A DNA stretch of 64,000 nt from Pristiophorus japonicus (lineage: Eukaryota), in the NCBI RefSeq assembly GCF_044704955.1, contig NC_091984.1:78430001-78494000 (forward strand), written 5' to 3'. The first letter of the stretch is position 1. Each line of letters opens with the position of its first letter. A program made the position numbers and the translations under genes. The notes below the pieces were generated by a model, which was given only the letters and a program-made list of their open reading frames with translations, was not told the DNA's origin and searched no databases. This document shows positions 1 to 13,534 of the stretch, piece by piece.

Positions 1-949
1 CAATGTGCACAGCCCTTCACCTCTCTACTGTAGCCCCAGCACTAGCAAGTTGTTGCCATTTAAAGAATATATAGAATTAATATACTAACTGAAGAATACA
101 TAGAGTTAGTATCTTAGAATGTGGAACATAGAACTGATATACTAATAAGGTAAAGAATCAATACTGGAAATATGGGAACTGCAGGTTCTCAAGATGGAAT
201 GTGAGATTATGTACACAAAGGTTACAGGATGAGACAGGCTGGTATTGGAGGCTGGAAATCCAGAAGTTTCCAAGGATGGACAGTACCCAAATGTCTAAAG
301 AATGTGCTGAGTGATAAGGTATTTGGTACTAGTACTGAAAATGGGAGTCATCCCAATCAGTTAAGCTATCAGCTAAATGTATGTCTACTTATTAGTTCTA
401 CATTATTAATTCTTCCTATTTGGTGCAATCATGGATATATGTGGAAATGGTCATGTGCACCCAGGATCTGAAGGGTTTAAAAGGAAATAATTTTAGCAAC
501 TCCTGTGAGCAAAGCCTGGGAGCTGGCAAGCAAAACAGAATAGAATTAGGTTTGGTTAGGCAGACCTCCATGTCATCCAAGTCAGTAATGTATCACATGT
601 TCTTTTTGTTTATTGAAGCTTATTTTTAGGACTTTAAGTCTGTTTCATTGTTGGACCTGTGACTTACAGCAGAACGTATTTTAAAAAAAGGATTACTTTG
701 TGGAATGTTTTTGGTGAAGGTTCCGAACCAAATTATAAGCATCAAATGAATGAGTTTAACATACCCCAGCTTTCCATCTCTGCTCTCCAATCACAGCAAC
801 ACACTTCAATGTACCTCATTCTGCTTCCACTTCCACACTCTGTACCTGCTAATTCCCTCACAATTACTGGCCCCTCTTCCCCACATTTTCTCTCATCATG
901 CAAACTATGCTAGACTGCCATAGACATCTTTACATCCTGCACAATAATA

Positions 950-2000
950 CGTCCTCACTCTTCTTGCAGAACAAGCTGGAGCACAAGATGGAGTTCTCCA
1001 AACCAGAGGAAGGCCATCTTCTATCACGAAGCTCATGCCAATGGGGAAGATGGCAATTCATGTCATAGGCACAGGAAGAACTCAAAGTGTGGCAGATGGC
1101 ATAGCTGAAGGATGTGTCTGTCAGGATACTTGGCCATCTTCCTCCCCTTTTCTCTTGAGACTCAACTGTTTCCCATCACACACTCTGAATGACAACCTGA
1201 TGGTCCGTGGAGCAGCTACTCGACTGCTGCTGCTTTCCTTTGCCACAAAGTGCTAACTCTTCATTGTCTTTCCTTTTCCAGGTCATTTGCTAGCCCCGGA
1301 ACCATCTGCAGAAGAAAAAGTGAAGAGCAGCCCCTCCTGAAGAAGCACCATCACTCACATTGACCCCTGCAAGCACCAGCTCAGAAATCAGCACTCCACG
1401 TACTTTAGCCAATGAGTTTCAGGGATCTGAACTGGGTGATTCACCATCCACAGGTGCGCAGGACTAAGAGCAGTGGAAATGGATAGCACAGGACACACCT
1501 CTTCGGAGGGTGAGCTCACATCTGCTATAGAGAGCATAGGTAAGGACTTCCAGGGCCCAGCCTTTACAATGATAGATGTGCACCAGCAATTGCTCGGTGC
1601 ATTGGATAGCCTGCCAGGGAGCCTCCACACCAATGTCGGACAGTGTGGAGTAGATGCGTCCAACTTGTGTGGCGTCTTTGTGCAAGACATTGAGGCAATG
1701 CAGTCAACCATGGAGCACGTGGTCATCTCTCTGAACTTTGCAGTGGGGATCTCAGTAACAGAGCCTGTGGTGACAGCTCTGACAGCTTTGGTGGAAGCTC
1801 AGACTGCTGCCATTCAGGCCCTCCTATCTCCACCGACTTCCTAAGTTTGTGTGAAAGTATTGGATGGGGCCTCAGTGCTGTCACAGTCCACCTGTCATCT
1901 GCTCTCCCGCAGATCAGTACGAGTGCTGAGGCGCAGCCGCATTCAAGTGGCAGTGGCTCATGGTAGATTGTTGCAGCAGACACTGACAGATAACATCTTC
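950..2000 (+). mobile_element. Degraded Harbinger Myb/SANT-gene-like relic
   Basis: Acceptor-like sites followed by decayed KLEH..(TGG)-like and low-complexity C-terminal-like coding (ORF 1473-1844); layout resembles the other Harbinger Myb genes in this window. Confidence 0.35.
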
Positions 2001-3289
2001 CAGTAATTGCCAGACCAGGCTCTTGAACAAGTGATTGGACCAATTAATCACGACACATTCCTATTTACTGTACTTAACTGCCATTGTGACATCAGTTGTA
2101 ACCTTAAAATGGCCCTTCCCACAAAAATTCTTTGGACCAAGAGAAATAAAGTGCTCAAAATCTATTAGGTGATATTTTCATTAACAAGTGCTTCTTTTGC
2201 TTACCAATGTGCTTCCCCTTGGTGACCCTATAAGATATTCTTCTCCGAATCGAACGTGACTTTAAAATGCTCCCTTGGAGAGAGGAGCAATTGCAGGGAC
2301 AGGCTACTGCTGTAAAATGCAGAGCTCAAAGGATGGTAGCAGTGTTGTACCCCTGCGTGCAGGGCCAGGAGATGACTCAGTTGCAGCTGGAACAAGGCAT
2401 GAGTTATCACCATCTGCTTGCTAGCTGGCACTTCTTCACACCTTTGAGGGGAACAGATGTGTGGGCACCCTGAGAGGAAGCTGCCTCACCCGTCCTATCT
2501 TCTGCTGCATCCCAGCTGTTGGGCCCTCTAGCAGGAAGGTGAGCAATGTGCATGTGAGCAGATTGTAGAGCACCACTGAGGAGCGTAAATTCTGCCTTCA
2601 AGGTTCTGTCAAACTGATTTCCCAGCCTGTCAAATTCAGCCCCAATAGACTCCTGCAAGTCGGAGCCCAAAGTATGCATAGTCCCAGTCACAATATTTTT
2701 GAATTAATTTTTTTCTGGGCCTGCTCCCTCTATCCTCAGGGCCCTCTGTGAAGTTGCTATAAATTCCGGGATGTGTTGCTGCTGACATGTCAGGGGTGCA
2801 TTCAATTCAGAAACGGAGCTATGAACTATTCTTCGGATTTGTTTCAGGGAATGATATACAATATGTTATTCTTTTTTAATTTAAATGAAAATTTGTTTTT
2901 CTGGTGGGAGCTGGATAGCACGCGAGTTTGTACATTGACCCTTTCACCTTTAGGACTTGGATTCAAAGCAGTCTGGGCTGGTGATACAAAATGATTTACT
3001 GTCTGCTGGCTGGAGGTATACTACATGTGGCACTTTTGGACAGTCTGTAATTAACTGCCTAGTAGATATGATTTACAGTACAAAAGTTTCCCTAGATCTA
3101 TTTCAGAAAGCTACAAAGATGGCCAGTGAGTGGAAACAGATGCATTTTTGAGCCAAGACAGTGATATCAGCAGACTACTTGACAATCAGTAGAGATGTAT
3201 AATGGGCGTCTGATCCGATATAACATTATCATCCAAAATCAAAATCGCCCCCTTTAACTCAAGACCTTTATTTGTCTGGATTTTTAAAA

Positions 3290-3633
3290 ATTCATTCATA
3301 GGATGTGGAGATCACTGGCAATGCCAGCCCATCCCTAATCATCCTTGAGGAGGTAGCAGTGAGCAGCCTTCTTGAACTGCAGAGGGCAGTTAAGAGTCAA
3401 CCACATTGCCATGGGTCTGGAGTCACATGTAGGCTAGACCAGGTAAGGACAGCAGATTTCCTTCCCTAAAGAACAGTAGTGAACCAGATGGGTTTTTACA
3501 ACAATCTGGTAGTTTCATGGTCACCATTTCTGATTTATTTAATTAACTGAATTTATATTCCTCAACTGCTGTGGTGGGATTTGAACTCACATTGCCAGAT
3601 TATGAGTCCAGTAACATAACCACTATGCTACCA
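3290..3633 (-). mobile_element. tRNA-derived SINE (SacSINE1/Deu-domain-like)
   Basis: Minus-strand head GGTAGCATAGTGGTTA...GAGTTCAAATCCCACC (A/B-box-like); 3' end shared with the LINE fragment at 41056. Confidence 0.7.
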
Positions 3634-3901
3634 TATCAAATTTTAAAATGAACACTGCAGAAATAAAGTAAAGGCTTTACAATTCTGTAATAACTGAATA
3701 TATGTTGCTACCAACTCAGCAGTGATCTAATGACAGGATATTGAACTACTAGTCAGACAGCATCATGTAACATCCAGGTTATAGGCTGGCCCATGAAATA
3801 GCATATGACCATTATACTAGAATGTAAGCATAGAAGACAAAGAGCTGAACTAAAGAATTAAACCCAACGGAATCTAAGCTGGAATCATTAACATGACTTA
3901 C

Positions 3902-4055
3902 CCAATCATAGTTGCTTGTATACCTGGGATTGAAAACAAGTCACTGCAGAAAGTTCTTATCGCATATGGATCATCAGACTCACAGATGTCCTCATCTGCA
4001 GCATCCTCACAGTCTCTCTCACCATTACATAGTAAGCGTCTTTTAATGCACCGAC
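3902..4055 (-). CDS. C8A: Complement C8 alpha-like, coding exon 4 (LDL-A domain, lead-in to MACPF)
   Basis: Acceptor ttttAG, then (G)[50 protein letters not shown] plus GG, then donor GTAAGT; 154 nt, phase 1 to 2; the IPG motif favours C8A over C9/C8B. Confidence 0.9.
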
Positions 4056-4949
4056 CTAAAATATATTAATTAGTGATTTTAAACATGAATTTCTCACATT
4101 GATGATTATATTTTAAGTGTTTTCATTGGTATCACCTAATCATCACCTTTTGAGTTATATCATCTTTCCTCCTACTCTCTTCAAGGTTAGTGCTATCCTG
4201 CATGATAAGCTCTCATCTAGGTTTCCCCACAATAGAAAGAACATTTATTTTCTTTAACTTTTACTTTAGAGACAGCTTAGTTTCATTTTAATGAATTAAA
4301 TCCCTATTATGAAAAGTAACTTAATGTGAAGAAAATAATTATTGTCAATGGAGAACTAACACTTTTATCATTAAAAACTCAAAAAATTAGTTGACCAATG
4401 TATTATTTGTCACACATATGGCAGATTATGAGCAGTACACCCTAAGAATACTGACGTGTTTGAACACACTTACTTGGCAGCAGTGTGGTAAAGCAATTAC
4501 ATCACAATTTAATTCTATAGATGTGATATGTCTGCAAGAGATAGTAACTAAAGCTAGTGAGTGAAATAACAGATTTAGAAAGCACTTGGAAGTTGGGGTG
4601 GCAGGATGCCCCCTGGTAAATGCAGAATCTGATGTGGTACTGAGTTATATAGATGATGAAAATTGCCATTTTGTCAAAATATCAGACAACTGCTGGTGCC
4701 ACATTCAGGATAGGAGGAGAGAAATGTGGAAAATAAACACTGGTAGTGTTTTCAAAAGCAGCTTATGTCCACACTTCCACCACAATGTGTTCATTCCACC
4801 ACATGTCCTTTTTGATGATGACCTTCTCTGAAAAGAGATTGATGGTCTAAGAATTGGGATCATTGGTCAACTGAGTATAATGAAAATATGGCAAAATTCT
4901 AAATATATTTGAATCTTGATCATCAATTATTATTCAGAGAGTTACTTAC

Positions 4950-5091
4950 CTGAGTTGCATTGAAACTGGTCACCACAGGTATTTACTGACACACATTGTT
5001 CAGATGTTTGACAGGTAACTTCCTCCCAGAGAGATCCAATACACCTGCTACCACCAAATATGGCTGGCCTCAGCAGGTTCCTAAATCTGGA
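4950..5091 (-). CDS. C8A: Complement C8 alpha-like, coding exon 3 (end of TSP1, start of LDL-A)
   Basis: SRFRNLLRPAIFGGSRCIGSLWEEVTCQTSEQCVSVNTCGDQFQCNS plus G, then donor GTAAGT; 142 nt, phase 0 to 1; FGG..C.G..W pattern as in C8A. Confidence 0.9.
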
Positions 5092-5299
5092 CTTTACCAT
5101 AAAACAAATACATTAGAAAACAATCCTGTTTATACATAGAGGATATACCGTAGTTAACCAGTAAACATAGACAATAACATTAACGAGCTTTCAAATTGAG
5201 CATTATTTTGCACGTCTCAAATCACTTGATGCTTGACTCACCACAGAAGTATGGGAACATGAGGAGTATAACAACCATTTTATGTATGTTTAGATCAAT

Positions 5300-5797
5300 A
5301 TGCATGTATGTTCATCCATACATCCTCCTCCTCGTGTGCCTGCTTCTCAGCTTCTCGACTGATATGTGGTGGCAAGGGCTGTTCCCTCAAGATGGCAAGA
5401 TTGTGCAGCATGCAGCATACCACTACAAATCTTGAGACACGCTCAGCTGAGTACTGCATAATCCAGGCAGCACACCGAGAGTCTGCTCTATCATATTGAT
5501 GATCCCTTTAAATAGCGCTCGTGGAGGGGTCCTTTATAATTCTTAATGGTGTTCAGGTGTATGAGGTTAAGAGAGGGCATTAGCTGGAGCATGGAACTCC
5601 AAAATGGCAGCGCTGGCATCAAATCAACGTGCATGTCATGATCTGCCGGTTCTGCATATTTCCAGCAGACGTTAAGTACGCATGCGCTAACCCCGATACG
5701 GCAGAAGTGTGCGCGTGCACCTTGGACACCATTTTGGAACCCTAGTGGCACTCGTAACTTCCAAAAAATGGGTGCTTCTGTGCCCAATTCCACCCCC
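5300..5797 (-). mobile_element. Harbinger relic with a HARBI1 C-terminal fragment
   Basis: Minus strand QYSAERVSRFVVVCCMLHNLAILREQPL (HARBI1-like CCxLHN motif); TIR-like GGGGTGGAATTGGG at the right end. Confidence 0.7.
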
Positions 5798-6973
5798 ATT
5801 TAGTAGTATAAAGCAATTTTTTCTCCCAATTTCAATTGCAAATAGCTATTCTCATCCATTTCTTTCTGATTTCTAGATATGTGTGTTCTGTTTGCTTGGT
5901 ATTTTATATTTACTGGTATCATTTTTCTTCTGTCATCGTGAAAATAAGTCAAGTTATCCTAACCTGAAGGAATATTTGGAATCAGTCAAGCACATCTCCC
6001 ACTGCCTGCTGATGTTGAGGAAGTTCTCCAAACAACATGGCTTCCTTCTGATTAACCTCTGTCTTAAACTCATTTAAGTTCAGTAAGTCTATAGATCCTG
6101 TACAGCTTACCTCTCCGGTACCCTGCTCCTTTGTCAGAATGCTAATCAGCAAGGAGGCAGATTCCGACTGCTACACCTTACAGTCAAATCTCTAATTGGC
6201 ACATGGAACATCATGTGCACACCTCACACAAAAAGTGTTTTGTTCTTTTTCAGAAATCTCAGTTGCTTCATTTAGAAATGTATAAACTTGGTATTGTTGT
6301 AATGGTTAGACTACAAGTTTTGTTAAAAACTTCAGCCCCTCTTTCCATAATAATTTGACAGACGTCAACTTTATCCGCAACCTGTGGTGTATGAAATGAT
6401 ACAATGAACTCCGTACTGTGAGCCAGTGACTAGGTGTAACCTGGTCAGTCTTTAATGGTTTCCAGAAGTGAAGATACAAAGGTGAAGTTCAGGTTATACA
6501 CCGGGCCCAGCACGAGTGTACCTGTGACCCTAGGACCTCCGACGGTAGTTCCCCTTGTTGGTGGGCAGACCTTTTGTACATACATTACATCATCCCCCCC
6601 CTCTCACCCCCAGTTCTTGGCACAAGTCCATATTACAAGTTCAGATGGTCCGGAGTCCTTCGCTCCCTGGTTGACCATCTCAGTACAATCCCAGTGCTTT
6701 CCAAGCCTCTCACGACTTGGGACTGGGCATTGACCACAATGGGTTCTTCTGATGGCTGGACGTGAGTTAGTTGGTCGTCCAAGCTCGCAGTGTCTTCTTC
6801 CAACTGTTCCGGTTCGTCAGTGTGTCTTAGCTTGATTTGATCAATGTGTTTCTTGCGCATCTGCCCATTCTTGAGCTCAACCATATACACCTGTTTACCC
6901 TCCTTATCCATAACATTGCCCGGGAGCCACTTGGGCCCTTGACCATGGTTAAGTACATACACTGGGTCATTTA

Positions 6974-9964
6974 TGTAGTGTATGTAGGCAACTTTAGTAA
7001 TGACTCCACGAGGCAGGGTATGGTACTTAAACTGTGCAGACCTGCAGTCTTTTATTAGCAGCTCCTGTGCAGGCAACCCCTGGGTCTCCAGCAACAGCAC
7101 CCTCTAGTGTACCGGTAAGGTGTGTACAGTACAAGTGTATATTCAATATTGCATACAGTGTTATAGACATCACACAGTGAACAGGCATGCCTACACAACA
7201 ATACTCCCCCCTAAGCATTTTTCATATCCTTGTTGTCATGACCAGGGGAGGTGATCAGTGGTGGGCTATGGGAGGTTGTGCTGAGGGTTGTGTGGTTGGC
7301 AGGTGTGACCCCTGTGCTTGAGGCTGGCCTCGTACTTTTTCCCTCCCTCACATGCAAACCAAGTGGGTGTCACTGTTGTGGGATCCCTCGGGGAGGTAGC
7401 CACGGCAGCAGTGGGTGGGGTGTATACACTGTGATGTGGGTAGTTGTGGGGTGGTGGGCAGGGCCACAAAACTGGGTGGGCTCATTGTCCACCAATGGAG
7501 ATGAGGGTCAGGTCATCCCAGGGTTTGCCAGGGAAGCTGGAGGGTATTGGCCTCATGCTTCTGGTGTTGGCCCTGGTGGCCAGGGGCTGTAGGGTTGGTC
7601 TGGTGCAGGTTGCCATTGGTGGTGGCTGGGCTGCCCATTGACCACTGTCTCTGTAGTGGGTCTGCTCCCACTGCCTGTGTGTGTATCCTGCAAGGGGCAT
7701 CACATTCATTCCAAAGGTCCAGGCTACATGGTCAGATAGCCTGCTGGACCTGGGGGTCTCCCACAGGGGGATTCCATAGGCATTAGCATGGTCCCTGTAG
7801 GACCCAATGTCCTTTGGCAGTGTCCTACCGGTATACATGACACCTTGGCTCTGATCATACATAGTCGAGCCTGCATTATACATTCTAGCACTTGCATCAC
7901 TTTTGGCTGTCCTGGTTTCAACAGACATGGTTACATTAGGCATTTCACAATTTCTATCTTTATTGTTAAGCATAATAAACTTGTTCTTAACTTACTGACA
8001 CCTACATTCATCTCATTAATCACATTAGTTAAACCAGCATCACAATTCATGGTTACATTGCATACATTTTCATACTTGCACTCTTTAATTGCATTTTTAG
8101 CTTTAAAGTCCGTGTACTCAAATAGTTGGAACTTCCCCTTTAAATTTTTTTGGTTACCGGTCTCCTTTAAGGGAGCCTTCAAATCCGATTGGCCACTCGA
8201 TGTCACATGATGCTCCTCCATGTTGACTCATGGCATAGAGGAGGCCATTTTAAATGCAGGTCTGCTGCTTGTGGTGCTGCAGCCATTTTGTGATGCTCTT
8301 TTCTTCCACATGCTTGTGGTGCTGCAGCCATTTTGTGGTCTTGTTGCAGGCAGGCTGTGGTGTTCTTTTCTTCCACATGCTTGTGGTGCTGCAACCATTT
8401 TGTGGTCTTACTGCAGGCAGGCTGTGGTGCTCTTTTCTTCTACAGCACCACTTCGCCAGATGTGGACCCAGTTCATCCAATTCCTGCTCAGCAGCGTGGG
8501 ACCATCGCCGGCTACAATCCACAGGGGGAATTTGTTTAACACGCCGCCCTGGGAGACCTGGACGTCTACACTGCCAACAATTTGGATTTTACCTTTGGTA
8601 TAGGTGAGCAGCTTTGCCTGGACAGGAGACAGTTTTGGTCGAGTGACAAGATTCCTCCAAATTTTTTCAAAGGTCTTTTGGCTCATCACAGACTGGCTCA
8701 CCCCTGTGTCGATCTCCATGGAGACTGGTACCCCGTCGATGTCCACTTCCATCATCCACGGAGAACTTTCGGTGGAACAGGTAAAGATTCCATACTCTTC
8801 TCCCAGGGTTAGAGCAGCTTTATCTTCATCTGTGTCGGAGCCCCGGTGATTAGCTAACTCATCAGAGACACAGTGAGTACAGCCTTTTCTGCACATTCTT
8901 TAAAGGTGCCCTTTTTCTTTGCAACCTTTGCATGCATAGTCTTTGCAGCGGCACTGGTGGGCCCTGTGGTTTCCTCCACAGCGCCATCACGGGGCCATCC
9001 GGTTTGCCCCATGTGGCGGACTCAGGGTTGCAGGACTCGGGGCAGCATTTCTGCCTTTAGAAGTGTCCATACGGTGCATTGTGCTCACCGGTTTAGAGTC
9101 CTGGGTCAGTATTCGCCTGGAGTCGCTGGCCGAAACCATGTAGGCCTGGCTCATTTGAATTGCTTTCTGCAGGGTGACCGTGATGTCAGCCGAGAGCAAT
9201 TTGTGTAGGAGACCTTTGTGGCCGATTCCGATGACAAATATGTCCCTTAGTGCTTCATTAAGGTGGTTGCCAAACTCACACAGTGCAGCTAGTCTTCTTA
9301 AGTGTGCAGCATACTTGGCAATTTCTTGGCCCTCTGGTCGCCGGTAAGTGTAGAACCGGTGCCTAGCTGTGAGGATGCTTTCTTTCGGTTTTAGTTGTTC
9401 CTGTATGATTGTTACAAGTTCCTCATAGCTCTTGGTGGTTGTCTTCTCCGGGGCTAGTAAGTCCCTGATGAGACCCTAGATGGTGGGCCCACAACTGCTA
9501 AGCAGGATGGGGCCCTGCGTTTGTTCGGTAGTGTGGCCGGTGTGTCCCCGTCCAGGTCGTTGGCTATAAAGAAGTGTTCCAATCTTTCCACAAAAGCATC
9601 CCAATCTTCCCCCTCTGTAAAATGCTGAAAGTTGCTGAGATTAGACATGTTGAGCGTGTAGTTCGTGATCCCGTATTCCCGTCGCCAGTTGTAGTGTATG
9701 TAGGCACCTTTAGTAATGACTCCATGAGGCAGGGTATGGTACTTAAACTGTGCAGACCTGCAGTCCTTTATTAGCAGCTCCTGAGTGACGACAACAAGCT
9801 GTGTGTTCCTTTTTATACTGGGTTACCTGCCGTGTGCAGGCAACCCCTGGGTCTCCAGCAACAGCACCCTCTAGTGTACCAGTAAGGTGTGTACGGTACA
9901 AGGGTACATTCAATGTTGCATGCAGTGTTACAGACATCACACAGTGAACAGGCATGTCTACACA
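6974..9964 (-). mobile_element. Non-autonomous LTR element B (gag-protease-unknown ORF; no RT/RH/IN), nested in the integrase of A
   Basis: LTRs 6974-7200 and 9690-~9964; PBS TGGCGACGGG; PPT; gag MSNLSNFQHFTEGEDW, two CCHC-like knuckles, protease EIDTG, then unknown ORF ~7266-8221. Confidence 0.9.
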
Positions 9965-12500
9965 TATGTCGCCTGACACTGCGGCACAGTCGTGATACGA
10001 CTGCTGGCGTTGACGTCGGGTTTCGACATGATCGTTAAGGTCAGGATGGACTAGAGAGAGCCTGGTTTTTATGCCTCTCTTCATCAATAGTTCCGCAGGC
10101 AGGACCCCGGTGAGCGTGTGTGGCCTTGTCCTGTAACTGAGCAGTATGCGTGACAGGCGTGTCTGCAAGGAACCGTGAGTTATGCATTTCTGGCTCTGCT
10201 TGATGGTTTGAACTGCCCGCTCTGCTTGACCATTGGACGCGGGCTTGAATGGGGCTGACCTCACATTCTATCCATTTGAAGTATGCATCCACCACCACAA
10301 AAAACATTTTACTGAGGAAGGGGCCCGCAAAGTCCATGTGGATTCTAGACCACGGTTTGGATGGTCGTGACCACAGACTAAGCGGAGCTTCCTTAGGGGC
10401 GTTGCTTAACTACATGCAAGTGCTGCACTGATGCACGCGTGACTAAGTCCGAGACAATGCCAGGCCACCAAACATGGGACCTGGCGATGGCCTTCATTAT
10501 GACAACACTGGGATGCGTACTTTGTAACTCTCGTATGAATCTCACCCTGCCTTTCTTAGGCATTACAACACGATTACCCCACAGTAAACAGTCGGACTGG
10601 ATGGAAAGCTCATCTTTGCGACGGCTGTACGGTTTGGTTTCATCACCCATTTCCTTGGGGATGGTCGACCAGTCCCCATTAAGAACAGAATGTTTTACAA
10701 CCGATAGGGTCGGATCCTGGCTGGTCCAGGTCTTAACGTTTTGAGCAGTGACAAGCGACCCTTCACTCTCAAAGGAATCCATGATCATGAGTAGCTCTGC
10801 GGGCATTGGCGTTTCCACCTCCGGTGTGGGCAACGGTAACCAGCATCAGCGCAGTTGTCGGTGCCTAGTCTATGGCGAATGACTTAAGCATAGGCAGATA
10901 ATGTCAGTGCCCATCTCTCGATGCGGGACAACATGTTGGTATTGATATCTTTTTGTTCCGAGAACAACGATATGAGCGGCTTGTGATCGGTTTCTAGCTC
11001 GAAGTGAAGCCCAAACAGGTACTGGTGCATTATTTTACCACATGCTAAAGCCTCTTTCTCTACCATGCCGTAGGCTCTTTCCGCCTTGGACAGGCTTCGA
11101 GATGCGTATGCAACTGGTTGTAGTTTGCCTGACTCATTAGCTTGCTGCAGTATTACAGCCAACCCCATAGGACAACGCATCACAGGTCAAAACTAGATGC
11201 TTGCATGGGTTGTACAGTACCAGTAGCTTGTGGCAACACAACAGATTTCTAGCCTTCTCAAAGGCTCTGTCTTGAAATTCATCCCATACCCAGTCATCTC
11301 CTTTCCTGAGCAACTTGTGCAAAGGCTCTAATATTGTGCTCAATTTGGGTAAGAAGTTACCAAAGTAATTGAGAAGACCCAGGAATGCACGCAGCTCTGT
11401 CACATTCTGGGGCCTGGGCACATTTTTGATGGCCTCTGTTATTGCGTTTGTAGGCCTGATTCTGTCTGCAGCAATCTGGCGCCATGAAAACGCACTTCGA
11501 ACGTTTCAGCCTGAGTCCCACTTTGTCCAGATGACACAGAACCTCTTCCAGATTGTGCAGGTGCTCGACGGTGTCACAACCTGTGACTAGTATGTCATCC
11601 TGGAATACCACGGTCCTGGGGACAGATTTCAATAGGCTCTCCATGTTTCTCTGAAATATGGCTGCCGCCGAGCGAATGCCAAAAGGACACCTGTTGTAAA
11701 TAAACAGTCCTTTGTGCGTGTTGATGCACGTAAGTTTCTTTGATGATTGAACCAGTTCCTGTGTCATGTAGGCCGATGTTAAATCCAATTTGGTGAACGA
11801 TTTTTCCCCGGCTAGTGTTGCAAAGAGGTCATCAGCTTTCGGTAGCGGGTACTGATCTTGTTTCGAAACTCAGTTGATTGTGACCTTGTAGCCTCCACAA
11901 ATCCTGACCATGCCATCGCTTTTTAACACCAGAACAATGGGGCTGGCCCATTCATTAAATTCGACCGGTGAGATGACCCCCTTGCATTGTAGCCTGTCCA
12001 ATTTGAGCTCGACCTTTTCTCTCATCATGTGCAGGACCGCCCTGGCTTTGTGATGGATGGGCCTTACATCTGGGCCTAGGTGAATCTGCACCTTGGCTCC
12101 CTTGAAGATGCCAATTCCCGGTTCAAACAGTGAGGGAAATTTGCTCAGCACTTGAGCACACAAATCATCATCCGCTGATGACAAAGCTTTGATATCGTAC
12201 CATTTCCATTTTATTTTCTCAAGCCAACTCCTGCCGAATAACGATGGGCTATTGCCCGGGATAATCCATAACGGTAGATCATGAACCACTCCCTCGTACG
12301 ACACTCTTACTGCTGCACTACCAATCACTGGGTATGAGCTCTTTGGTGTAGGTACACAACTTCGCATTTATCGGACTCAGCATGGATCTTTCTGCTTGCT
12401 CTCCCACAGCTTTTCAAAAGTCCTCTGGCTCATTACCGATTGACTAATTCCATGGATACCGGCACGCCGTTTAATTTTACCTCCATCATTATCGGTTGGC
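9965..12500 (-). pseudogene. pol (PR-RT-RH-IN) of Gypsy A, fragmented; integrase tail resumes at 6633-6973
   Basis: WASPIV, ICGGYK, LDLTSAY, FQDD, TDHKPL and NGQAER motifs in shifting frames. Confidence 0.9.
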
Positions 12501-12874
12501 TCTTTGTTAGGAACACACATACACTATACACTTCCTCCTAAGAACTCTCAAATGCCTCGGGCTGCATCGTCAGATCCATACGGAATTGATCATCATCCAT
12601 GTGGTGTGTAGCAGCTCACTTGCTCTGCTGTGGACCTGTCCACTGAAGATGCCCCGTCTTCACACACTCTCTTGCATACATACTGCCTGAAGCGGCACTG
12701 ATGGGGTCAGTGATTGCCCCCGCAACACCAACACGGTGAGCTCGGATTTGCGCCCGATGGCGGGCTTTGAGCGGCTTCCATTCTCGCATACGCAGTCGAG
12801 TAGGCTCTCGATGGCGAACTTTGAGCGGCTCCCATTCTCGTATACATGGTCGAGTAGGCCTTCGATGGCGAACT

Positions 12875-13534
12875 TTAAGCAGCTCCCGGTCTTGCAGACG
12901 CAGTCGAGTAAGTCCTGCCATGTGCAGCTCTGCCGGCCATCGATACAATTTTGTACACAGTACTTGCCATGGAGTTCCTGTTTTGTCGCCATATCTGCTT
13001 TGTGCTTTTCTGCTTGGACATGCAAGCCTGGGCAATGGTGATGACCTTGCTGAAGTCCGGCATCTCCGCAGCCAGCAACTTACATAAGCTCGCCTCGTGG
13101 TTGACCCCGATCACGAAAAAGTCACGCAGCATGTCTTCCAACACAGGCCCAAATTTGCAAGGCCCTGCAAGATGTCCCAGGTCGGCAACAAATGCCGCTA
13201 CGTCCTGGCCTTCTGGACAAACGTGCGTATAGAAGCGATATCTGGATATGAGGATTCCTTCCGTGGGTTTAAGGTGTTCCCGAACTAGAGTACACAGTTC
13301 TTTGTAATCCTTTTCTGTAGGAAGAGTGGGTGAGAGCATATTCTTGATGAGTGCATAGATCGTGAGGCCACAGACAGTGAGAAGAACTGCCCTGCGCTTC
13401 TCTGCATCCTCGTCTTTGTTTAGGTCGTTTGCCATGAAATACAGATCAAGACGATCCATGAAATCTCCCCAATCCTCTCCCTCATTGAATCTCTCAAGAA
13501 TTCCAACAGTACTCGATTGTGCTGTGCTTGCCAT
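12875..13534 (-). pseudogene. gag of Gypsy A
   Basis: MASTAQSSTVGILERFNEGEDW...LRDFFVIGVNH; typical Gypsy gag, downstream part frameshifted. Confidence 0.85.

Noticed and set aside
1-3900. C8A exon 5 (start of MACPF)
   Set aside because: No minus-strand YNIL/YYGG.C-like exon found by eye; probably outside the window
5960-6190. Minus-strand donor-like sites and a short ORF as candidate C8A exons
   Set aside because: No signal peptide or TSP1 similarity; the exons at 19726 and 23920 fit phase and homology
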